A DNA stretch of 64,000 nucleotides from contig JASVEC010000001.1 of the NCBI GenBank assembly GCA_030770535.1, positions 930,001 through 994,000 of the forward strand. The letters are read 5' to 3'. This DNA is from Batkoa obscura. Lineage: Eukaryota. The notes beneath the pieces are model-generated. The model was not told the origin of the DNA. It did not search any database and saw only the letters and a list, made by a program, of their open reading frames with translations. A program made the position numbers and the translations under genes. Shown piece after piece: positions 10,532 through 22,582 of the stretch; the stretch's first letter is position 1; each line of letters begins with the position of its first letter.

Positions 10532-13022
10532 GTTATTATTATCATTATTATTATTATTATACTCATTATAATAATAATACTTAAAAAACTGTGGCCTTTC
10601 CAACTTATATTCTCTAACAGCTTTCCAAGTACCTTCTTGAATTCCAGCCAAAGAATAATCTGGTTTAACTGGTTCAAAATCTTCTTCATTAAATTGTACT
10701 TCAATTGGTTTTAAATATTCATCTAATTCATTTAATTCTACTAATTTTATTGCCATTTTAAAACAAACATGCTGTTTAGCTACTTTATTTGATTTGGTAA
10801 TATCACTTTCCATAATTTGAATTTTAGAATTGGATGGCATTATTAATTGACATTGATGATAATTATTATGATTAGTATAATTAAATTTAGGTAACATTTC
10901 ACAAAAAGAATCTCTTGGTAAGGAATTACAATAACGATAAATTAAAGCCACTGCAGAATTTAAAGTAATTACAGCTTTTGTTGTGGGTATTTCATAAATA
11001 AAATTAGTAATTAAATCATCTATTTCATTATCGTCCTCATCATTATCTTCATCATCTTCAATATTATCATTTGTCACCATTAATCGATCTTTTGGTAATG
11101 ATTGACACCAATCCATTAATAATTTTTCAGATTGTTTAAAGCTATCAACTTCCTTTTTATCTTGAGTACTATTAATTTCTTGTAATATTATATAATATGA
11201 TTCTTTTTCTCTTGCTCTACCACGAGATTGTATATATGAAATCAAAGTTTCTGGTGGATCAAATCGAATTACTAAATTACATGGTTGAATATCTAAACCT
11301 TCTTCAGCAACATTAGTAGCAAATAATAAATTAATTGAACCATTTCGAAATTTAAATAATTTGTTTTCTTGTTGTTTAACATTCATATGAAAGCAATTAC
11401 CTTTACTATTTGAATTATGTCCTAATAAATAATCGGATTGAATATTTTTTACTTTTTTTGTATAAGAAATTATAAAATTTAATGTCACTACCGTACAAAT
11501 TCTAGAAGCAAATACAATACCACAAAAGGTATTTAATTGATTAGAATATTTTTTAATACATTCAATTAATTTTTTGATTTTTGGTGTTACATAAATATCA
11601 TCTAAATCATATGGATCTAAATCTAACCAATCTTTACCTTCTTTAAGTTGATTTAAATAGGATTTATATATTTTTTTGGCATTTTTAATACTTGTTTCTT
11701 CTTCTGAAAAACTATTCCATTTACTTTCTTTAAAATTATTAGAATAACTAAATATTCCTTCGTCATATTTTAATATTAGTTCTTCTAATGATTTACGTAA
11801 ATATAATAATCCACACCATTCTCCATAATTATTTAATATAAAATTATGAGAAGATAATAATCGATTGATTCCATATCCACGTCCACAATATCGTTCAATA
11901 ATTTTAGCTAAATCCGATCTTTTTGGAGATTTGTCAAATAACTTATTATATGATTCATAAAAACAATACAATTCTTTTGGTCGATTAATATAAGTTTGTG
12001 CTAATTCATTATAATTAATAGTAAAGATTCTAGAATCTAATGCTGATTCTAAATTACTATTGTTATTGAAAAATATTACTATTAATAAATAAAATAAAAT
12101 AAAATAAAAATTCCCTACTTAGCTGCTCTAATAGCATTATTTGCACTTTTTAAAGGTGACGCTGTCATTGAAAATATCCTGGGTTTATCTTCATCTACTT
12201 TATCCTCTTTTTTATAATATCTCATATAAAATTCCTTCATAATTAAATTATAAGGATGTTTTTTTTCCGTATGATGACATTCATCAAATACAATTAAGCC
12301 AATCTAAAATATTTTATCAAGTTATAAAAGACTTATTATTTAATATAAAATATTTACTTCTTTCATTTGAATTTTACCATGTCGTAACATATCTAAAAAG
12401 ACCTGAGCAGTCAACACTAATACATCCGTAGAATTTAAACACGATTGCCATTTACTATCACTCCAACCATCCACTCCTAATTCACCATATAATTGTACCA
12501 CCCTGAATGGTATATTATTGGCAATCGTAGTTGCTTGCTGAACAGCTAAAGCTACCGTATTCACTAAAAATACACAATATTTTTTTTGTCTCTATAATAA
12601 CCAAAAAAGTTTAAAAAAATCATTTACAAATCTCAAAATCAAAATAATTATTAACTTAAACCTACCTCTGGTTGTTTCAACCTCAATACTTTTTCATTTA
12701 ATAAAATGTGTTTAATTAGCATAATAGCAATCAATGTTTTCCCAGTGCCTGTTTCCAAGACAGCAATTATATTATCTTTCTTTGCTTTTTCAAATAATTC
12801 AATTTGATATTGACGAGGTAAATGTTGCAGTTCTTCATTTCCTTTTAATGGTAATTGATGTTTTTTAGATACTGAATTGACATCTTTGTGTTTGTTTAAA
12901 TTGGAGGCTAGTATTGGATTATCATTTCGATGTCGTTCTGGTAGCTTATTGGCTAAATATAAAAGATCGTTTTTGCTTTCTTTGGGGATTCTTCCATCAT
13001 GAATAGTTTCTTCACTACTCAT
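8249..13022 (-). CDS. dcl: Dicer-like protein (DExD/H helicase, HelC, DUF283, PAZ-like region, two RNase III domains, dsRBD); exons 13022-12666, 12591-12358, 12303-12119, 12056-8249
   Basis: [52 protein letters not shown] and [15 protein letters not shown] motifs; three GT-AG introns join the exons in frame. Confidence 0.95.
10482..10560. repeat. (AAT)n microsatellite encoding poly-Asn in Dicer
   Basis: attattatt run; poly-N in the translation. Confidence 0.95.
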
Positions 13023-13458
13023 TTGTCTTTTTTTAGAAAAAATGGGTTGAATCAACGTTTACGAGTTTAAAAGAGGATCTTTTCAATTTTTAATTTCCAA
13101 ATCAATATTTGGTTTCGTTTTTTATCAAACTTACGTTGACCTAAGTTAAATTGATCATATGTGTAAGTTTGTGTAAGTTTAAAAGTGGTTAAGATTAAAA
13201 ATCAAAATTTTCTAATTTCACTTTTTTGTCTATTTTTTATTTAGCATAAATTTTTTGAAAAAATATTAGTCAAATAGTGAGTGAAAAAACGTTTCGATAT
13301 GAGTATAATTTTAAAATTAAGCAAAAAAGCTACTATTTTTGTAACCTTTTAGTTCTTAATCTATAGTTTTTGCTAAAATCAAAGTTGGACAAAACTTGAA
13401 CCGAGTTTTTAAACTAACCCATATTACAGTAAATGATTTAGCTTTGTTTTAGTGCATT

Positions 13459-13556
13459 TAGGGATGTATTTTTTGTTTAAGAATTTTACTAACAATCTTT
13501 TCGCTCAAGTAGTGCTTAAAAAATGGAAAAAGTAGAAAGTAAAAAAAACATCCCCC
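13459..13556 (+). mobile_element. MITE family 1 copy (upstream of Dicer)
   Basis: Consensus match. Confidence 0.85.
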
Positions 13557-13878
13557 TTTTTAATAAAAAGGTACATTTATTCGAGAAGAGTGACTCGATT
13601 TATAAATATATTAAAGCTACTTTGAAATAAGATTAATCCATGGAAAAACTGATATCAAAATAGCAGTGTTTTTTAATAACATATAAATTAAAGAGCAGTG
13701 AGATACATGAAATAAAAAAAGATAAATAAAAAAGTACTATATAATAAATGTTAAAGTTTATCAGTTTAATTAAATTTCTCAAGGTAGAATGAGGAATCTC
13801 AATAGTTTCTTCCTAATTTAAAAATACATAAAATTATATTAAAATATTATTATCTATCTTCAAATATTTATAATAAAC

Positions 13879-14240
13879 CTACCAAACACAAACTTGATTC
13901 GTTCTAGAACTATTTCGATTTTCTTTATCAATGTTAGAATTATATGGTACAAAGGTATTAGTATTCACTGGTTTAGGATTATAATAATTAGTTACTATAT
14001 GGTTAAAATGATGAAATATAGCATAATCATAGTAATTCAACTATTGATCTTCATTTTGAATATTCATACCAATGTCTTCGTTATCGATATTTTCGTCATC
14101 GTTGTAATTATTATAGTTACAATGATAATCACTGAAGCCGTCTTCATAAAGATCATCATCAGTAAAGTAATCAACATATGAATCATAAGAGTTATAAGAG
14201 TTCTATAGGTTCTATGGGCTGTAGGTTGGATAGTACATTA
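13879..14240 (-). pseudogene. Possible decayed Asp/Tyr/Asn-rich coding sequence
   Basis: Minus frame YDSYVDYFTDDDLYEDGFSDY...EDQ*LNYYDY...QVCVW* with one internal TAG; no start found. Confidence 0.3.
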
Positions 14241-14897
14241 CTTATTAAATTTAAACTAGATAAGTTGAAAGTATTAAAAGTTGAGGTGTAAATTAACTAT
14301 AAAAAAATTAATATAATGAAGATTAAAAAACAGAAATAAAACTAATTAAGCTAAGCTACATATACTTTTTGTAGGGAAATCGTTTTTTGTTGGCACTTGA
14401 CTTTAATTTGAAGCTTTAATTCAGCTTTTAGGTTATTGGGTTTGCTGATTAGTAGGTTTTATTTTTTTCATTAACTAGAAATTGATCAAAATAAAAGTAA
14501 AGCTAATGATAATTATTAGTGTTTTTTTATTATATACTTTTTTTAAAATAAGTCTTTTAATAGAATACTGCTTTTGATATTATAGTATATAAATTTTTTA
14601 TAGTTTGAATAAAATAAATAGCATTTATATAACGATAAACTATTCAATTCTATCATTAACTTAGATTCATCCTATAAATTTAAATATAAATAGTGCAAGT
14701 TATAATTTAATACTAACTAGCAATAAGTAACAAAATAAAGTTAAATTATTTCTAGACTAACTAAAACATAAGCATTTTAATTAAAAGTAAAGAATCAATC
14801 AAAACGAACTATGTAAAAAACAGATTTTATAGAGCTATAAAAAAAGGCAAATGAGTATATAAATACCAAAATAAACTTTTAAATCAATAATCAAAAA

Positions 14898-15224
14898 AGG
14901 AAGTAAGTCTTAGTAAACGTCATTATTTTAGCCTTTACCTCTATCATTGCCTCCTTTTCAACCTCAAGTGATAGCCATTTAGCCAGATGTGGATTTAGTT
15001 TCTTTTCTCCAGATTTTGGGTATGGTGGATTGATCAACCCTGATTCCTTTGATTTTTCAACTGTAATGAATAACAATTGCTTCAATATCAATGCTAATAA
15101 TTTCAATATTAATGAGTTTGATCGTGATAAAGAAGCAGTTATATTTGTTAATAACATACACAAGAAGGATGTAAATAGCAATCATATTAATTTCAATAAG
15201 CAGAATAATATAGCTATTATTTAA
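14898..15224 (+). pseudogene. Small secreted Asn/Phe-rich protein pseudogene, copy 1
   Basis: AGG AAG TAA then open frame VLVNVIILAFTSIIASFS...NANNFNINEFDRDK...IAII*; paralog at 24040. Confidence 0.65.
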
Positions 15225-15378
15225 ATTTACTATAAGAATTTAATAAATTTTAGAATAATGATCCATTACATTGATAAAAAAATTTCAATTTCTTTTTATC
15301 GTTTCTTTTTTGTTTTATAGAAAATTAATTTAATCACAGTATTATGTGCTAATTTTTCTATGATCCAAAAAGTAACAT

Positions 15379-15470
15379 AAGAGGGTGTTTTGATTTTATT
15401 TATTTGTCTTTTTTTAAACGAAAAAGTTGGACAATTTATTTATTAAATCTTAAAAAGGAGACATCTTCAT
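15379..15470 (-). mobile_element. Highly degenerate MITE family 1 copy
   Basis: GAGGGTGTTTT...ACATCTTCATA termini, similar length. Confidence 0.45.
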
Positions 15471-15534
15471 ATGGAAGTACCCAATAACTCGGGGTTTTCA
15501 TTAATAAAAACAACTGTAAAATTTTAATTTTGTA

Positions 15535-15634
15535 TGGGGGTATCTTTTTTGGCTTCATCACTTTTTCCATCTATAAGCGCTATTTGAGCGGAAAGATTGT
15601 TAGTAAAATTCTTAAACACAAAAATACATCCCTG
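15535..15634 (-). mobile_element. MITE family 1 copy
   Basis: Consensus match, ends CCCTG|TA. Confidence 0.9.
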
Positions 15635-16203
15635 TATATTATTTTGTTCATTTATTATGTAATGTAAATTTTAAAAAAGTTATTAGTTAAATGTTGGAAT
15701 AAGAAATCCCCACCCTAGTATGAATTTATAAGCTTGGACAATTTTTGAAATTTAAAAAAAATTTAATTTAAACCCCAAACATAAAGCTTAATAAGTTTAA
15801 AACTAGCTAGAAATTAATATATACTAATTTCTGTAGATAAATAAGCTTCTTGTTATTTATTTGGACCAATAAAGCTGTTAATACTACTAAAAATATCAAT
15901 ATTTTCGTTTCTAATATTATTAGCTAATTAATATGAACAGGTCGTCTATGTTACTTTAAAAAGACTAATTCCTTTTGTTTTACGCGCAGTAATTTTATAT
16001 AAAGTACCCACAATAAGTTTAGATAAATAAAAAAAAAGAATCTGGATAGAAAAAAATGGCATACTTGTTTTGAATAATGTGATGAAATTTGGAATATGGA
16101 ATACGTTGTGCAAGGACTATACTTGATTTACAAAATCTTTGAATACCATATAAATCAAAATATTTATTATGTTTTATCAAATGATTATATATAAATAATA
16201 CAA

Positions 16204-16954
16204 ATGTTATCACCATTATACGATAAAGCCACTCAAGAATCAAAATTAAAGAATATATGGGGATGTATTTTTTGTTTAAGAATTTCACTAACAATTTTCC
16301 CATCCAAATAGCGCTTAAAACATGGAAAAAGTAATGAAGCCAAAAAAAACACTCCCATATAATTTTGATAATAAATATGAGGGGTATTTATCAGTGAATG
16401 ATAAAAAAGCTGATGGACTGATATATAAATTTCATACCACAAAAAATGGAAAAAAGCATTATTTAAAAGATCCAAATGATGAGAATCTATTATCCTTTAC
16501 TAAGGAGAACACAATGAGTAATGAACTTAAGCTGATAATTCATAATTATAAAGAAAAAGAAAATAATGATTATAATTTGATGATTGTTACCTTAAACAAA
16601 ACAGTCAGTTTACTATTAATTGATTTTAATAATAATCAATTTCAATATGTTGTAAATGATACACAGGAAGGCCCAGAGATCATAGTCTTAAATTCAACAT
16701 CAAAAGACCAACCTTTAGTTAGTTTTAAAACTGCTCGTTTTAAGGAAAGAGGAAACAAAGTTGGTAAAGTAAAATATCATTTTGAGTTTATTCCACTTTT
16801 AGAAAATTCATCTATGGGTCTATTATTGATGAAAGTGATTCCAACTGTTAAGCAGCTGAAAATTAAATATGATGAAAGAAAGAAGCAGAATATCACTTTT
16901 AATAAAGTCATGAAGCATTTGTTTGATGGGAGTAAAAATGTTATATATCGTTAG
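16204..16954 (+). CDS. Palindrome-arm family, copy D, interrupted by a MITE (alternative ATG at 16322 inside the MITE)
   Basis: MLSPLYDKATQESKLKNI at 16204, MITE at 16258..16357, then open frame homologous to copies B and E. Confidence 0.7.
16258..16357 (+). mobile_element. MITE family 1 copy inside gene copy D
   Basis: Consensus match, TA flanks. Confidence 0.9.
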
Positions 16955-17961
16955 CTATTGTTGTTGGTTATATTATTTTTTTAATAGATTCTTATTTAAT
17001 ATATTTTGAATTTCTATTTTAAATTTTTGCCAATGTTAAAGCTACAATTATTATTGATGCTGAGTTGGTTTTTAGTTTAATATAAAATTTGTATGTAGTA
17101 TAGAAATTAACTTCAACTATTTAACTTGGAACTTTTAATATAACAAACATATAGTAACTAGTACTATATATTTCATTGGAATAAAACAATAATAAATATA
17201 GGTTTTAATACAAATTTTAATACATACTTGATCCTTTTATATACTTAAATGAAATTATACTATATATGTTATTAAATTTCACATCAAATAGCTCCTAGCT
17301 GTTTCCCGCTTTAACTAGAATTTTATATAACTTTTTAGAAAGTCATAACCTTCAGTTATGTGTTATTTCAATTGTCAACTTTTTAATATTATAGCGCTAT
17401 ATCTCTATTTTTTATGACTCTTTGAATATTTAGATTTATGATGTTGTATAAAGGCGTTGTGAGGGTTATTATCAAAATATAATATAATTGTCAGTTATTT
17501 TTAATTTATTAAATGATTTGCATTTGAATTTAAAGACTAGCACTTTGTGTTTTATTCATAGAGTAGAATTACTAGTGAATTTAAAAAAATGACTAGTTAA
17601 GTAGTAAAAATTGTTTACAAGTCTATAATAAAGTATTCCTCGTTAACACTTCTAAATCCTAGAAAATAACGCCAAAGTTAAGTTTGAGTGAGGTTTTAAT
17701 GAGATACAAAAGCATTTACAATGGATTTAAATAATACATAAACAGGTATTTTACAGCTTTTGAAGGGGAGGGTATAAATCATCCTTTTAAATTTAGATAT
17801 CAAACTAATATAAATGGAAACAATGAAAACAATGAAAACAAAATAGAGCCAACAACTTTAAAATAAACGATTAGCTTAATGTTACCTGTTTTGGAGTAAA
17901 ATGTTAAAGAGTTTTTTATATTCTTAGGATAGGGAAGGAATTTTTACAAGGAATCAGAACA

Positions 17962-18099
17962 GACTTTGAACCAGAGTTTTGTAGCAATAGGACATTCAAA
18001 GAATCTATAGAAAACTCATTCTCTCTCTTCCAGACAAAAGATGCATAAGTTTGTTGTGTCCAGGGGTAGATTGATTCTTCTATCTACTGAAATGGTTAT
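17962..18099 (-). mobile_element. Non-LTR retrotransposon remnant (mirror copy)
   Basis: Reverse complement of 4683..4820. Confidence 0.55.
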
Positions 18100-18600
18100 C
18101 CCATTTAATATCAGCTACATTATTGATTTAAGTCAAAAGAAGCGTATTTATCTTTTAAATTTGATTAAATGTTTCGATTTTGAGACAAAAAACAGTGGTA
18201 TCTTAATAAATAATTAAAATAGTATGATAGATAATTCTATCTATTTTAAAACTCAATGATATTAAAATTTAAAAATAAAAAAAAGAGTAATAATAATTTA
18301 CCAAGGTGGTTTGGAATCATTTGATTATTCATTTCAAGCAATTATATATTTTTGGTCACTTTTAGTTTAAAGTATAAACTTTAAAGTTGTTACTTTAAAG
18401 TAACATAAAGTGCCACTATCTTAAGTTTCTAAAGAAATGGCCAGTTACATCATTTTCAAATCGGCAAAATTGGGTTAGGAATTGCGTATAAAGTCTTTGT
18501 TTGAACAAAATTTAATAGATATAATATAAATTTGTTCAAGTTCTATTTATAAAGACGGTCAAACATATAAATAGTAATGTGATTTTGTAACAGAATGATA

Positions 18601-18701
18601 TGGGGATGTATTTTTTTGTTTAAGAATTTCACTAGCAGTTTTTCCACTCAAATAGTGCTTGAAAAATGGAAAAAATAATGAAACCAAAAAAAACATCCTC
18701 A
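18601..18701 (+). mobile_element. MITE family 1 copy (mirror of 4081; empty site at ~22501)
   Basis: AATGA TA[element]TA TAAACA versus AATGA TA TAAACA. Confidence 0.92.
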
Positions 18702-18783
18702 TATAAACACTTTAGTAAAATAAAAATAGCTTGTGATCAAATAGTATATAAGCAAACAACTTTTCACAAAAAAAATTAAAGCA

Positions 18784-19455
18784 ATGTCAGAATCACCACC
18801 AGTGTATAATCAAATAAGCCAAGAAGTCAAAAGGAAAAAAAAGCATGTGATTCATTATAATGAGAATGATCAATATTTGGTAGCCAAGGATGAAGGAACT
18901 AATGAAATTAGATATAAATTCTATACTCAAAACAATGGTAATGAATATTACTTAAAAGATGTGAATAATGATAACTTGTTAAGTTTCACTAAAGGGGATA
19001 TTATGAGTAATGAGCCTAAATTAATTATCTGTAATTACAAAGAAAAAGAGAATAATAGTTACAACTCAATGGTAGTAATTATGAATAAAACAGTCAATTT
19101 AGTATTAACTGACCATGATAACAACCAATTTGAATACGTTTTAAATGATACAAAAGAAGGCGTTGAGATTGTAGCTTTAAACTCAACATCATCATCAAAA
19201 GACAAAGCATTGGTTGAGTTTAATACTAAAATTATTAAATTAGATGTAAATAAAATTGCTAAAGTAAAGTTCAACTTTAATTTTATTCCACTTTTAGAGC
19301 ATCTATTTATGGGGCTATTATTTATGAGGGCCAATTCCATCATTAAACAGAAATTAAAGGATAAGCAGAACTATAAGTCAAGTATCACTTTTGATAAAAT
19401 TATAGATCATTTGTTTGATGGTAGTAAATGCTACACACATCGTTCACCATTTTAA
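18784..19455 (+). CDS. Palindrome-arm family protein, copy E (223 aa)
   Basis: Intact ORF, mirror of 3327..3998 except a patch of 7 aa differences. Confidence 0.85.
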   Translation: MSESPPVYNQISQEVKRKKKHVIHYNENDQYLVAKDEGTNEIRYKFYTQNNGNEYYLKDVNNDNLLSFTKGDIMSNEPKLIICNYKEKENNSYNSMVVIMNKTVNLVLTDHDNNQFEYVLNDTKEGVEIVALNSTSSSKDKALVEFNTKIIKLDVNKIAKVKFNFNFIPLLEHLFMGLLFMRANSIIKQKLKDKQNYKSSITFDKIIDHLFDGSKCYTHRSPF

Positions 19456-19768
19456 TAAGTAATGTTTTTAAATAAATAATTGTTTTAAGTATTTTAATAT
19501 AAAATCTATCAATGACATTTAATTTACTTTTGTTTTTATACGAAAGCTTTTATTATTTTATAAAAGATTTAATTATACAAATTCAAATAGTTTATTTAGA
19601 TTATAAGTTTTCATAGTTTATTTTTTTGTAATTTATATTTTTAAACTAAGTAAATAATATAATAAATAGCCCTATATATCCCACTATGGCAAAGCTGTAA
19701 TAAATCTAAGTTTTTGGTTGACTTAGATATAAATTTATTTGATATATCTTTAAATATCATAGTAAATA

Positions 19769-19853
19769 TAGGGTGTATTTTTGTTTAAGAACTTTACTAA
19801 TAATCTTTCCGCTTAGAAAATAGAGAAAGTAATGAAACCAAGAAACACTCCCA
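19769..19853 (+). mobile_element. MITE family 1 copy (mirror of 2929)
   Basis: Consensus match. Confidence 0.85.
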
Positions 19854-20012
19854 TATCTTGAATTATTATGTCACCGCTTTTAAGTTTAATTCTAACTTGT
19901 ATTTAAATATTATATTATTTCATTTGAATTTTTTAAGTCATAGCATTCTCTATACCATTTAATAACATGATTTTTATAGAAAATTTAAGCTACTATTCAC
20001 ATTATTATTATT

Positions 20013-20938
20013 TAAATACCATAATTTTTTATACCTTGAATATTCAAAATCTGAAGAGCTTTAAAAAAAACTTTTGAATCAATAATACAATGATGAATTC
20101 CAAGGTTTAATATTGTGTCCAAATCTTTTTTAGAAAGTTCTATATCCTTAAAGTTAGTTTTAATAAAATCTTCATTCGTGGCTTTTGGAATTACAATTGT
20201 GCTGTGTTATTACTCCCAAGCTAAAATAACTTGAACTGTAGTTTTTCCTAGTCGATTTACAATATCACTAATCATTTTATCCTCACAAATTTTTGAGATA
20301 AACTCTGATCCAAGTAGTGGATAGGCAATTATGTGAATGTTTTCACTTTTACAAAGTTCAAGCAACTCATATTGAGGAAGATAAAGATGAAGTTCAACTT
20401 GGAGCGCAGCAGGTCTAACTTTAGCTTTTGATAATATTTGTTTGGTACTATCAATATCAAAATTTGATAATCCAATATTCTTAATTTTTCCACTTTTTAC
20501 TAATTTTTCAAACTTTCTCTATCTATTGTGAATAGTATACCCCTTCTCAATTTTAAGGGTGCCATCCGGATTTCTGGGTAAGAGGCCTTCGCCATCTGGT
20601 TGAGAATAAGGCCAATGAATAAGGTATAGATTCAAATAATTAAGTCAGAGGCCATTTAAACTTTTATTAAAAGATTTAGCAACACGACCACAATGATGAA
20701 AGGTATTCCAAAGCTTTGGAGTGATAAAAATTCCTTCTCGAGGCACATTTGTTTCTTTAATAACTTCCCCTATCTCTTTTTCATTTTGATAAATCCTGGT
20801 CATATCAATGTAGCGATATCCTAAATTCAAGGTAATTTTGACTGCTTTTGCTGCTTATTTTACTGGTCTATACGTTCTTAAACTGAGAAATGGCATTTTA
20901 GCTCCAGTATAAAGAGTTGCACTATAATTTGAGAGCAT
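20013..20938 (-). pseudogene. Aldo-keto reductase pseudogene (mirror copy)
   Basis: Reverse complement of 1844..2769 with the same stops and a few SNPs. Confidence 0.9.
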
Positions 20939-21074
20939 CGTATCTAACGATAATGGATATAAGGTATAATTGGTTTATTGGTACTTTGAATTCAAAAACT
21001 AGACATCTAATATACTATCGAAATAAATCTTGTTTTTAACAATCTAAAGGCGGTTATTTGTAGCTCAAAGTCTA

Positions 21075-21175
21075 TGTGGGTGTTTTTTTTGGTTTCATTA
21101 TTTTTTCCATCTTTTAAGCGCTATTTGAGTGGAAAGATTGTTAGTAAAAGCCTTAAACAAAAAAATACATCCCCA
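21075..21175 (-). mobile_element. MITE family 1 copy
   Basis: Consensus match, TA flanks. Confidence 0.9.
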
Positions 21176-22217
21176 TACCATCCAGATAAAATCAACTTGA
21201 AGATGTGTATAAAATGTTTTACCTTACATAAGTCCAAATATAAGCAAGCTAACATTATCATTATCAATATTTGCTCTAAGTTATAATTTAATATATGTAC
21301 TTTACTATAATTAGCATTAAAAATTAAGCTTGCTTAAAGTACAATTATTTTATAGCTTGATATTAGTTTTATTAAGCTTGTTAATATTTATTAAAATGAT
21401 TATGATCTATAACAGAGTACTCGCATCATATACCACACCATTTTCTACTCGCTTTCTATTTTTTATATTCTTGAAGGCGAAAGCTCAAGTGTTTAATTTA
21501 TTCAAAAAAAGGCACTATAGAAAACGCTTTCCATTTTTTATTTTCTGGTTTTCCAAAGATTATGTTCTTTTTTTAACAAATGTTTTCCTTTAACTAATTT
21601 TATCTTTTTTAACTGAATAATCCACAAACCTTTGAGTCTTTATATTATTCAATGATATTTGTTTCCCAATTTGAATAAGCTAAACTTACCAGTTTTGTTT
21701 AATTAATTATACAAAATGAAAAACCGGCAAATAATTATAAGAGAAACGGAACTCAATCTTGAAGAAGCCAGAAAGCAGCAAAAAAGACAGAAAATGAGTA
21801 GAAAATACTCTACCATAATTAATTCAAAGACGAAGATTATTTTTTCTAGTTTTAGTTTATTGCAAAAGGTGTAACTTAAATATAAATACCATTAAAATGG
21901 CTGCTTTTTGCTTAATTTTTAATTGAGTATGTGGCTTCTAAAGATTATAGTTTAATTTGGTTTAAGTCATCCCCTCATATAATATATAATCAATGATAAA
22001 CTATCAAAATGATTTGAAGCCATATAATTCATCTTGAGCAATTTATATTTTTTACAGTCACTTTTAGCTTAAAATGATAAATTTTATTTTAAAATTAAGT
22101 TTTGACTTAAAATCTTAAAGAGCCAATTATAAATCTCAATTTCCAATAGAACTCAAAATTTATAGGAGATGAGATGTTAATGATGAATGGGCACTATAGT
22201 AGAAAAGGTAAAGTATG

Positions 22218-22318
22218 TGGGAGTATTTTTTTTGGTTTCATCACTTTTTCCGTTTCTTAAGTGCTATTTGAATGGAAAAATTGTTAATAAAGTTCTTAAA
22301 CAGAAAAATACATCCCCA
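22218..22318 (-). mobile_element. MITE family 1 copy
   Basis: Consensus match. Confidence 0.85.
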
Positions 22319-22582
22319 TATATTTGACTTGAAGGAAAAGGATTATGCTTTTCTACTATAACTCTTTTCAAAAAGAATGAGTTTTTAATATTCACTTTTC
22401 AGTAAAAATAAATATTAGCATAAATCTTAACCAAAGATTCTATTTGTAAAAAGATTCTACTATTCTATATAGAAATAGATATGATTTTATAATAAAATGA
22501 TATAAACATTTTAGTAAAATAAAAATAGCTTGTGATCAAATAGTATATAAGCAAACAATTTTTCACAAAAAAGAGTAAACCA

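Larger units (their letters stand above)
16920..20978. repeat. Right arm of large inverted repeat (near-identical core)
   Basis: Reverse complement of ~1805..5960, lacking the MITE at 5781..5875. Confidence 0.95.

Noticed and set aside
7366..13556. Composite transposon of two MITEs mobilising Dicer
   Set aside because: MITE density here (about one per 1.5 kb) makes flanking expected by chance; no supporting evidence
16019..16475. Short ORFs 16019, 16233, 21074 and 43733
   Set aside because: Largely translations of MITE or AT-rich sequence
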